A stretch of DNA of 62,709 bases from an uncultured bacterium (lineage in GTDB: Bacteria; Armatimonadota; HRBIN16), in NCBI GenBank assembly GCA_938027655.1, contig CALJAP010000085.1, positions 1 through 62,709 on the forward strand, given 5' to 3'. Shown one piece after another: positions 1-8,131 of the stretch. The first letter of the stretch is position 1. Each line of letters starts with the position of its first letter. The notes beneath the pieces are model-generated. The model saw nothing but the letters and a program-made list of their open reading frames with translations. It searched no databases and was not told the DNA's origin. A program made the position numbers and the translations under genes.

Positions 1-3000
1 AACACCAGGTAGCGCAGGTCTTCGGGGCGCACGCGCAGGGTCTTCAGCTCGCGCGGGCTTTTGATGACGGGGCGCAGCCAGTCGGTTTCGATCTCGCCTT
101 GCCAGCCTGCGCCGTTCTTCACGCGCACGGTCGCGCCCGCCTTGCCCTGCATCACCTGCGCCACAGTGGCTTCGACTGGCTCCAGATAGAAAAACTCGTT
201 CGCGCCTGTGGTGAATCCGCGGCGTACCTCGGCGATGTGGCCCAACCGAACCAGCTTGCCCTTGCCCTTCTCCAGTACGGTGAAATAGATATCGGGCGCT
301 CGCAGATACTTACCGCCCCACTTGCTGCCCTCGTACGGTGCGTGTTGTAACAAGCCGTTCTGCTCTTCTTCCGTTGCTGCTGTCCCTTCGGCGTACAGGT
401 CGGCGTGCGTTCGGGCAATCAGGCGAAACTCTGGGCGCAGCAGTTGGTCGGTTGTCTCGTCGATCTCGATGAACACTACAGGAGAGAGCACTTCCTCGAA
501 GGGAACTCGAAACATGACAAAGCGGGCGATGCGAGAAGGGTCTACCTCTTTGTCCTCCGGCGGGGCAAGCAACACGATGACCGTGTTTACGTCCGCCTGC
601 GCAAACGACCGGCGTGCAGAATTGTCCAGAACCATTTTGATGTGACTGTGTTTGAGCAGGAACTCTTGCAGGTCTTTCCCGAAGCCCACGTCCAGCCACG
701 AATTGGAGGTGATGAAGCAGAACGAGCCTTTAGGATTAAGCAGGGACAAGCCGTGCAGGTAGAAGTAGACGTACAGGTCGTTGCGCTTGTCCCACTCACG
801 CGCAGGATTGCCCCTACGCTCTACCTGGGCGGGGTTATAGCCGAAGAAGCGGGGATAGGTAGTCCATAGCGAGCGTATCAACCTGTCTTTGTACTGTTGC
901 TTCTCATACCTCCCCAGCGGGTCTTTGATATTCTCCTGGCGTACGTAAGGCGGGTTACCGATAACGATATCGAAGCCTCCTTTCCCGCTCTCGAATATCT
1001 CCACGAAGGCGACATCCCAGACGAAGGGAACGGTCTGGGGCGAGGTAAGCGCTTTTAGTGCGCTGTCTATTCGTGCCTGCTCCGCCTGCTTCTGCTCCAA
1101 TTCCCGTCTCCACGCCTGTATCTGCTGCTGTTGAGCCGGCGACATGGTGGACGAGCCGTCCAGCGCCAGCTGCTGAGAAGCGGATTCAATCTGTCGTTCG
1201 AGGCCTTGCATCTGCTCGGTCAAGTAAAGCTTGCGATCCTGCATAATTTCGCGGAAAAGCTGTAGCTCTTCCTGTTTTAAACATTTTTCATCCAGTCCTT
1301 GCTCATTCTGGTAGAAGCGCAGCTTTTTGCCTTTCAACTGGGTGATTTTGCCCTTTAGTGAAGCGCGCAGGTCTACATGCTGTCGGTGCAGGTTGAAGTT
1401 CACGCCGCCCACCTCCTGCAGTAGGCTATCGCCGGGGCGCACTTTAAAAGTGAGGTTTGGCAGCAAGGGACGCACCCAGATCTCGCCCGGTTGCAGTTCC
1501 GTCTCCACCACCAGCTGCAGCCACAGACGCAGCTCCGCCACATGCACCGCCCAGTCCATCACGTCCACCCCGTACAGGCTCTCCCCAATGATGCGCCTCC
1601 TGCGTTCGTAGGCGGTCTCCTCGATGCCTAACTGGTAGTTAGCGCGCTCTATCAGGTCGTCCAGTACCAGTAACATCCCTACCAGAAAAGAGCCTGAACC
1701 GCACGCAGGGTCGCACACCGTGACCGACCGAAGGAGGTCGTGTAAGGATGCCCACAGATTGTGACGCGCAAGCAGTGCGTCGGCTTCCTGCTTCTCCTCC
1801 TGTTCGTAGGCAAAGACCGCCTGATAGAGCAGCTGCTTATGTTGCGCCCCCAGATGGTTGGTCAGATAGTCCACCAGGCTCAGTCGGCACATGAGGTCGA
1901 TCTCCACGCGGGGGGTGTAGAAGATACCCGCTTCACCGCGTCTGTCCTCATCAAAGGAGGAGGCATTTATCAAGCTCTCGTATACCTTGCCAATCATCTC
2001 GGGGTCTACCGCGACCTCCAGGTCGAAGGGGGTCGACTCGCTGATGGTGAAGTTGTAGCGTTCTAGAAAGCCAGGAGTGGAATCGGCGTACTTGTCGAAC
2101 AGTTGCTCGAAGAGTTCATCCGGGATTTTGACATCGAATTGGGTGTCGATGCGGTTTCTGGTGAAGAGTCCCCCGTTGAGGTAGGGCGCTACAGCTAGGG
2201 CGCTGCGTATATCTTCAGGCAGGTAAGCCCGGTAGGATGCTTCCGCTTGGAATCGGCGGTTGAACGCCTCGAAAAAGAGCACCGAGAGCCAATCCTCGTA
2301 GAAGCGATCTGGCTGGTCAGCCTGCCGTTTGTAGCTCTTCCAGAAGTGGCTAAGGAAGTCGGGGCGGTTGCCCAACCAATGTTTGCGTTGGATAAAGTAG
2401 AGAAACATCAGACGGTTAAGCAGTTGCAAGGCGTAATCGTGCGCCCACTGGGCATCGTTGTGCTGCTGTGTCAGCCGGCTTTGCAGACCAGTGAAGATAG
2501 CTCGATACCCCTCGAAGAATTGTTCGGTGACGGCTTGTACATCGAAGGCGCGGTTCAGTCGGTCGGTTACCTCCGTAACAGCAGGCTCACCGAAAAGACC
2601 TAGCGAGGCGACATCGAAGTGCAGCTCAGCAATACGTTCGACGGTGGTTCGTGCTGGCAACGCTGCGTGAAAAGAAAGAGTGCGTAGCTCGGCTTTACGC
2701 CCCTCTTTACCACGTCGCCTGGCCCACACAAACGCAATCTGATTCTGGTCCTCAGTGACGTAGCAAAGCAGGTGCTCGACATTGCGAGACGATAAAGCAC
2801 GGTACACAGCGCGCCGTTGCGTGAGTGTGGGTAACTGGCTGCCCCAAGGCACACGAAACACCGGTACCCCGCCCATCTCAGCGAGCGGTTCAAAGGAGAC
2901 TTCCCGTCCTACCGGAGAGGGCACTGTCAAAACAATCGGGTGAGACGAACTGGGCTTGCCCCAGCGAAGTATGTTGGTGAAAAGCGTGTGTAATGATTGG

Positions 3001-3056
3001 TTGGACGTCGTACGCAAGGTTTGATCGATTCTGTGAAATAGTGCAGCATCTGCCAT
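1..3056 (-). CDS. Large N6-adenine DNA methyltransferase (Eco57I/TaqI-like, gamma class); 3' end beyond the left edge
   Basis: Manual translation gives one open frame from ATG 3056 (GGAGG RBS, just after the helicase stop) to the window edge, >1018 aa. Motifs seen: PYLNGGLF, VDPEMIGKVYESL, GIFYTP, motif I DPACGSGSFL, YGVD, AELRLWL, motif IV GFDIVIGNPPY, FITSNSWLD, RGFTTGANEFFY. Absent from the ORF track because no stop lies in the window. Confidence 0.93.
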   Translation of the reverse strand, partial: MADAALFHRIDQTLRTTSNQSLHTLFTNILRWGKPSSSHPIVLTVPSPVGREVSFEPLAEMGGVPVFRVPWGSQLPTLTQRRAVYRALSSRNVEHLLCYVTEDQNQIAFVWARRRGKEGRKAELRTLSFHAALPARTTVERIAELHFDVASLGLFGEPAVTEVTDRLNRAFDVQAVTEQFFEGYRAIFTGLQSRLTQQHNDAQWAHDYALQLLNRLMFLYFIQRKHWLGNRPDFLSHFWKSYKRQADQPDRFYEDWLSVLFFEAFNRRFQAEASYRAYLPEDIRSALAVAPYLNGGLFTRNRIDTQFDVKIPDELFEQLFDKYADSTPGFLERYNFTISESTPFDLEVAVDPEMIGKVYESLINASSFDEDRRGEAGIFYTPRVEIDLMCRLSLVDYLTNHLGAQHKQLLYQAVFAYEQEEKQEADALLARHNLWASLHDLLRSVTVCDPACGSGSFLVGMLLVLDDLIERANYQLGIEETAYERRRRIIGESLYGVDVMDWAVHVAELRLWLQLVVETELQPGEIWVRPLLPNLTFKVRPGDSLLQEVGGVNFNLHRQHVDLRASLKGKITQLKGKKLRFYQNEQGLDEKCLKQEELQLFREIMQDRKLYLTEQMQGLERQIESASQQLALDGSSTMSPAQQQQIQAWRRELEQKQAEQARIDSALKALTSPQTVPFVWDVAFVEIFESGKGGFDIVIGNPPYVRQENIKDPLGRYEKQQYKDRLIRSLWTTYPRFFGYNPAQVERRGNPAREWDKRNDLYVYFYLHGLSLLNPKGSFCFITSNSWLDVGFGKDLQEFLLKHSHIKMVLDNSARRSFAQADVNTVIVLLAPPEDKEVDPSRIARFVMFRVPFEEVLSPVVFIEIDETTDQLLRPEFRLIARTHADLYAEGTAATEEEQNGLLQHAPYEGSKWGGKYLRAPDIYFTVLEKGKGKLVRLGHIAEVRRGFTTGANEFFYLEPVEATVAQVMQGKAGATVRVKNGAGWQGEIETDWLRPVIKSPRELKTLRVRPEDLRYLV

Positions 3057-3059
3057 TGT

Positions 3060-6000
3060 TTACCTCCATCGGATACCTAGCGAGCACAGGATTTGCGGTT
3101 CCATCGGCTGCTCGGTCCGGATGACCTGGCATAATCGGTCATCTTGATGCAGCTGCCAAGCGAGGCGTAGCAGCTCATGGTCAGGTATACCTAGTTTCAT
3201 TTGGCGTGAAACAACATCTCTTGCGCTCTCGCGCAGAGGATAGCGGTAAATCTGTTCCAAAAGAGTGTCCAGATGTGCTATCTCCTCTTGGTTGAAAAGC
3301 GTGGGTTGCTGTCGCATCCGTTCTCGATAGCTCTTCAAACGCTCATAAAGCTTCCTGCGGATGCTGCGCAGGGTGCCCAGCTGCCCGCCGAGCGTTTGTA
3401 CCTCTTGCAGGGCGTTTTCTACACTCTTGGCAACCAGTTCATGATGGTTTTTCAGCGGGGTGATAGCTGGTGTTTCAGGGGAACAGGCGGCTGCCTGAAA
3501 GATGGTGGCGAGCGACTGCGAGAGCACGTTGCCTTTTTCATCCAGCCGCACCAGTACGTCGATATCCTCATTATCCCTGTGGAAGCGTAGGTAGGAGATA
3601 ACGCCTGGCGCATCTCCATCTGCCTGAGCTGGGCGCGTTGCATAGACAACGGGAGGTAGATTCTTCGCCTGCTCTTGCAGTTGTACGGGAGCGCTATTCC
3701 ATACCTCTAAGGCAATGCTCGTCAGGTCAACATCCTGGTCGTCGCTGTCGTCGTCCAACACGCCAGCTTTCTCCGTATACAGGTCACGTAGTTTATCTTG
3801 GGCTTCCTCGCCAAGGAAAACCTCATCGGTGCCGACAACTTCTTGGTTCTGCTTCAGGCGCTGTATCAATCTCTTGCGCAAACGGATAATCGTCTCTACT
3901 CCGTCGGCAGGCATGAAAGAGTAAACTAGGATGTTCTCGTGCTGCTGTCCGATACGGTCTACTCGCCCCGCACGTTGAATCAGGCGAATGATAGCCCAAG
4001 GCAGGTCATAATTCACCACGATATGGCAATCTTGAAGGTTTTGTCCTTCCGCTAGTACATCGGTAGCGATAAGCACGCGCAGCTCGGTCTCGCCCTCGCG
4101 CAAGCCTCCGTTGCTTCTGGGACTAAAGCGCCTGGCAACCTCGACAGGGTCGGGCGTTTGGCTAGTTACCGCCTGCACATCGGTCATCCCTTGCGCGGTC
4201 AGGTGTTGTTCAAGATATAGGGCTGTGTGGGCGAATTGTGTAAAGATAAGCACTTTTTCTTCACGATGTTTGTGGTAGACCAAGTGAACCAGCTGACGCA
4301 GCTTTTGGTCATTTTGCGCGCACCACCGCCCCGCCATGTGAAGGATGTTGAGAAGTTTCTCTGCATCCGCCTGTAAGTCCTGTTTGAGTTGTTCTTTGTG
4401 GAAGAACTTAGGGGGTATCCATTTGAACCGTGTAGCGTACTGCTGCTCATACGCGGAGTAGGCGATTGCTGCCCTCTGACGATAAGATTGGAGATCATCA
4501 GCGTCTTCTGGGGTGACCTCCGGTATCGGATCGTTGGTCAACTCATCGTCTGCGAGGTCATCATCTTCTATATCGTTGAGTGCAGTGTCCAGCAAGCTAG
4601 CATCCTGTGTGCCTACGGGAATAGGCTTCTCCTGCTCCAGAGCATACAGAGTGACCATATTGCGCAGGATATGTCGCTTGATAGAGAACAGGAAGCTGTA
4701 ACCGCAGGATTCCAGCCTCTTGAAGAGGTTCGTTCGACAAAAGCCGATCAGCCTTTTTCCAGCACGATTCAGGTTTTCGAGTAGCTGTTTTTCCGCCGCG
4801 TTAGCCATGCGTTCAGCGTCCGGCACTAAATACAGCGCCAAGCCGTATCGGGGAAGCGCGAGCGATTCTATAACGCCAACTACTGGCTCCGCAAATAACC
4901 GGGCATATTGGTCTGTAGCGTCCTGCTTGCTCATGGGGAAGGACAGGGTATGAGGTACCCGGATAGGAAAATACTGTCGTTTGTTGTTCATCATTACATA
5001 GTATCGCCCTTTTTCGGCGTCGTAATGCGCATAATTGCGTAGGATGAACTGGCGAGTCCTGCGTACCATGAACAGACGCATCAGGTCGCGCCAGTCTTCT
5101 GTGTAGGCGCTCTGTTCAAACGCCCGCAACGAGCGTGGAGATGTCTGGTACCTCCTGATAAAGTCTGCCTCATTAAACCCTTGGGCGCTCCACCACTGGA
5201 AAAACCTTTCCGGTCTGATGCCGATATCCTGTTCTTCATCCACAAACAGCCGAACCTGGTTGCTGATGTCATTGAAATGTTTGTTGTACGGCGTGGCGGT
5301 TAGAAGGACAACACGAGGCTCGTTGACCTCTATATAATTTCGAATGATGCGGTAGCGCTTGCCCTCGCGGTTGCGCAAATTATGACTCTCATCAATGATC
5401 ACCGTGCGGAAACGGGGCATGTGAGGCAGTTCCTCTATCACTCTGCCCAAGGAAAGCACCCTCGCTGCCAAGCCATATTCCGAGGCATGCCTGTCCCAAA
5501 TTTGTTGTAACTTGGGCGGACAGATAATAAGTGTGTTACTTCCGTCGTCTTCTTGGAAGATTTTGGCAACCGCAGTTGCCATTAACGTTTTACCTAAACC
5601 AACGACATCGCCCAGCAAAACACCTCCCCGCTTGTAAAGGATGCGCGCACATAGCTGCACCGCTGCTGCCTGAAAATCCAGAAGGTCAGATTGCAGGTCT
5701 TTGGGCAGCTTGAACTGGCGTGCGCCGAGTCGAGCGTCTTCAGAGAGATGATACGCCATCTTCAGATAAACAAGGTATGGGGAGAGGAGTTCTTCGCGCG
5801 CCCAGCTAGTCTCGATAAGCTGAGCAAGCTGCTCGGAGATATCTAAGGAGTACTCGTCGTTCCACCTTGTTTCGAACCATTCGCTAAGTTTGCGGGCAGC
5901 GTCCTGCTCCACTACGTCAACGTTTAGTTCACCTTGCTCCGACAATCCAGCGAAGGTGAGGTTGCTACTACCTACGAATCCGATGATAGGTGTAACACGG

Positions 6001-6446
6001 TCAGAGCGGTACACCAGATAGAGTTTGGCATGAAGGGGATAACGCAAAAACAACTTCACGCGAACCTTGCCTTCTCGAATCTGGCGAGCCAGTTTCCTCA
6101 GGTTAGCTTCTGCACTGGATGTTGGAACGCCAAACTCTATCTGTTCCTTGAAGTTGTTGACGATTTCGCCATAGAGCCTTGCAACTTCACGGCTGTCTAC
6201 GTTCTTTTCTGCCCTCCACGCTGATTGCATTTCACGCATCTGCGCTTCGGGAGGCTTTTGCATGCCAACGAGTACTCTGCAGCAGGAGCCGTTTTTACCT
6301 GTGAAGAGGTCAATATACTCCGCAAGTCGCCCCCACCCCCGTAAGTGAAAATAGCCTACACAGAAGTCCGCACGGTAAGCATCGATAAGGACCTCCTCGA
6401 GGGCGCTTAGCAAGGTATCTTGCACGTTGTCCAGTATCCGGGGCAT
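3060..6446 (-). CDS. PLD-family nuclease fused to SNF2-like SF2 helicase (restriction/defence partner of the methyltransferase)
   Basis: N-terminal HAKLYL...GSSNLT PLD motif. Helicase motifs GDVVGLGKT, DESHN, TATP, EGQNLQ, QRAGRVDRIGQ. 1128 aa. Confidence 0.9.
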   Translation of the reverse strand: MPRILDNVQDTLLSALEEVLIDAYRADFCVGYFHLRGWGRLAEYIDLFTGKNGSCCRVLVGMQKPPEAQMREMQSAWRAEKNVDSREVARLYGEIVNNFKEQIEFGVPTSSAEANLRKLARQIREGKVRVKLFLRYPLHAKLYLVYRSDRVTPIIGFVGSSNLTFAGLSEQGELNVDVVEQDAARKLSEWFETRWNDEYSLDISEQLAQLIETSWAREELLSPYLVYLKMAYHLSEDARLGARQFKLPKDLQSDLLDFQAAAVQLCARILYKRGGVLLGDVVGLGKTLMATAVAKIFQEDDGSNTLIICPPKLQQIWDRHASEYGLAARVLSLGRVIEELPHMPRFRTVIIDESHNLRNREGKRYRIIRNYIEVNEPRVVLLTATPYNKHFNDISNQVRLFVDEEQDIGIRPERFFQWWSAQGFNEADFIRRYQTSPRSLRAFEQSAYTEDWRDLMRLFMVRRTRQFILRNYAHYDAEKGRYYVMMNNKRQYFPIRVPHTLSFPMSKQDATDQYARLFAEPVVGVIESLALPRYGLALYLVPDAERMANAAEKQLLENLNRAGKRLIGFCRTNLFKRLESCGYSFLFSIKRHILRNMVTLYALEQEKPIPVGTQDASLLDTALNDIEDDDLADDELTNDPIPEVTPEDADDLQSYRQRAAIAYSAYEQQYATRFKWIPPKFFHKEQLKQDLQADAEKLLNILHMAGRWCAQNDQKLRQLVHLVYHKHREEKVLIFTQFAHTALYLEQHLTAQGMTDVQAVTSQTPDPVEVARRFSPRSNGGLREGETELRVLIATDVLAEGQNLQDCHIVVNYDLPWAIIRLIQRAGRVDRIGQQHENILVYSFMPADGVETIIRLRKRLIQRLKQNQEVVGTDEVFLGEEAQDKLRDLYTEKAGVLDDDSDDQDVDLTSIALEVWNSAPVQLQEQAKNLPPVVYATRPAQADGDAPGVISYLRFHRDNEDIDVLVRLDEKGNVLSQSLATIFQAAACSPETPAITPLKNHHELVAKSVENALQEVQTLGGQLGTLRSIRRKLYERLKSYRERMRQQPTLFNQEEIAHLDTLLEQIYRYPLRESARDVVSRQMKLGIPDHELLRLAWQLHQDDRLCQVIRTEQPMEPQILCSLGIRWR

Positions 6447-6486
6447 CCAGCTCCTCCTGACAGGCTGCCTTCATGCGTTTTATGGA

Positions 6487-6515
6487 ATCATAGCGTATAC
6501 GTCAACAGAGGTCAA
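6487..6515 (-). promoter_or_regulatory. sigma70-type promoter for the helicase-methyltransferase operon
   Basis: Minus strand TTGACC-N17-TATGAT, ~40 nt upstream of the start codon. Confidence 0.6.
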
Positions 6516-6591
6516 CTTGCCGTTTTCGAAATTTTTTGAGAATTCTCCTGTGCAGCACGCCGTGTCTCGAAAAACGATTCCATGCGCAATT

Positions 6592-7329
6592 TTAGCGACG
6601 GTCTCCCCTTGCATCCAGCGGCTCGTGCGCTACCGTGTAGGCAAATACCCGCGACGCGCCTGCAGCCAGCAGTGTCCGAGCCGCTTCGTTCAGCGTGCTA
6701 CCCGTTGTCCACACGTCGTCAATGAGCAGTACACTCTTGCCTGCTACTGCCTGCGGTTTTACCACGCGAAAGGCGTCTTTCACGTTCTCACGACGCTCCT
6801 CCCCACCTAGCCCGACCTGAGGCTGGCGGTAGACCGTGCGCTCCAGCGCATCCCACAACAGGAGCAGCCCTGTGCTCCGGCAGAACTCTCTGGCAAGCAG
6901 CGCGCTCTGGTTGAAGCCGCGCTCCCGTTCACGCTGTGGGTGAATAGGAATGGGAACGACCACATCCGCCATGTGTAGCGGCTCGGTCAACGGGCTGTGC
7001 CAGCCCTGATTCAGCAGTCGTGCCAGTGCGGGAGCCAGCGAGGCATGTTTCTGATACTTGAAGCGGTGAATCGCCGCCCGTATCACACCATCATAGTAGG
7101 CAACCGCACGAACCGCTTCAGGCACAAGCGAATGCACGGGGCAGGAGGTGCAGAAGCCTTCAGGGTCAACCGGTGTGCCACATCGAGCGCAGACGGGTGG
7201 GGTAACGTAGGTGATGCTGTCGGCGCACTCGTCGCACCAGCCGTCGCATCCCACCAGCGCACAGGCAGCACAGCGCGGCGGGTACAGAGCGTCCAGAATC
7301 TCGTCCCAGATGAGCCGTACCCATCTCAT
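6592..7329 (-). CDS. comF: ComF family protein (double zinc ribbon + phosphoribosyltransferase domain)
   Basis: Four CxxC pairs, RGFNQS, LLIDDVWTTGSTL PRPP-binding motif. Confidence 0.9.
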   Translation of the reverse strand: MRWVRLIWDEILDALYPPRCAACALVGCDGWCDECADSITYVTPPVCARCGTPVDPEGFCTSCPVHSLVPEAVRAVAYYDGVIRAAIHRFKYQKHASLAPALARLLNQGWHSPLTEPLHMADVVVPIPIHPQRERERGFNQSALLAREFCRSTGLLLLWDALERTVYRQPQVGLGGEERRENVKDAFRVVKPQAVAGKSVLLIDDVWTTGSTLNEAARTLLAAGASRVFAYTVAHEPLDARGDRR

Positions 7330-7877
7330 AACGCACGCGCGATAATCGCCATACTGCGAGAATCCAGTTTGGTCGTATCGGGGATTTCGAAGCGGTTGCC
7401 GTCCATATCGGTGATAATCAGGCGCGTGGGGGTTACCTCCTGCACATTATCGCGCAGGTGGCGCACCTGGTACACTCGTCGCCCGCGGTTGGTCTGTACG
7501 TCCCAGGTGATGGTACCGTACTCCTCGCGTACCGAGTATACCTTCTGCACCACCGGCACGAAGTACCGCCTGTCCAGTTCCTCCTCGATGATACGGCGCG
7601 ATTCGGCGTCCAAACCGTGCAACGATTTGAGGATACCTATCTCCTGATCCATGCCGTCGCGCAAACTGAGGAAGTGATTGGGGTCGGAGAGGGGAAAACA
7701 GCGCACCACATGCACCCGCAAGACGCTCCGCTCGCCCTCGATGGTCATGCGAATCTGGCTGGAACCGGGCGTGCGGAACAGTCGTATCTGGGACGGCTCC
7801 AGAAAACGCACCTCAAAGGTAGGCACGTCCCGGAAGCGCAACATATCTAGACTGACGCCACGACTATCTACATCCAT
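7326..7877 (-). CDS. DUF1854 domain-containing protein
   Basis: RCFPLSDP...EIG...EEELDRRYFVP...WDVQTNRG...DMDGNRFEI pattern as I recall it for DUF1854. 4-nt overlap with comF. Confidence 0.75.
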   Translation of the reverse strand: MDVDSRGVSLDMLRFRDVPTFEVRFLEPSQIRLFRTPGSSQIRMTIEGERSVLRVHVVRCFPLSDPNHFLSLRDGMDQEIGILKSLHGLDAESRRIIEEELDRRYFVPVVQKVYSVREEYGTITWDVQTNRGRRVYQVRHLRDNVQEVTPTRLIITDMDGNRFEIPDTTKLDSRSMAIIARAL

Positions 7878-7909
7878 TGTTTTATCCCCTCTAAAGACGA
7901 TCTCTCGGC

Positions 7910-8027
7910 TGAACCATCCGTGCTAATCCGTCTCATCCGTGTTCATCCGTGTCCTTCGGAAACAGCCCACAGATTGGCACGGATGCAACGGATACACACC
8001 GAGTGAACCATCCGCGCCTATCCGTGT
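7910..8027. repeat. Intergenic cluster of ATCCG(T) units at ~10-bp spacing, arranged as an imperfect palindrome
   Basis: ATCCG at 7916, 7926, 7935, 7945, 8010, 8020. Inverted copies at 7970, 7980, 7989. TGAACCATCCG direct repeat at 7910 and 8004. Confidence 0.75.
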
Positions 8028-8131
8028 GCTATGATAACTTACGCGGTCACACGATATTATACCTCTCAGAAAAAGGAGCACAGCCGCCGACAGGGAAGTT
8101 TATAACGAATACCGCATATCGACAGGAGCAT

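Noticed and set aside
1-3056. Apparent gene-free or pseudogenised region suggested by the ORF track
   Set aside because: Manual translation shows one uninterrupted minus-strand frame. It is unlisted only because its stop is outside the window.
6482-6583. Inverted repeat ATGGAATC...GATTCCAT as the end of a mobile element
   Set aside because: Only 8 bp, with no transposase or target-site duplication evident. It could be chance or an operator.
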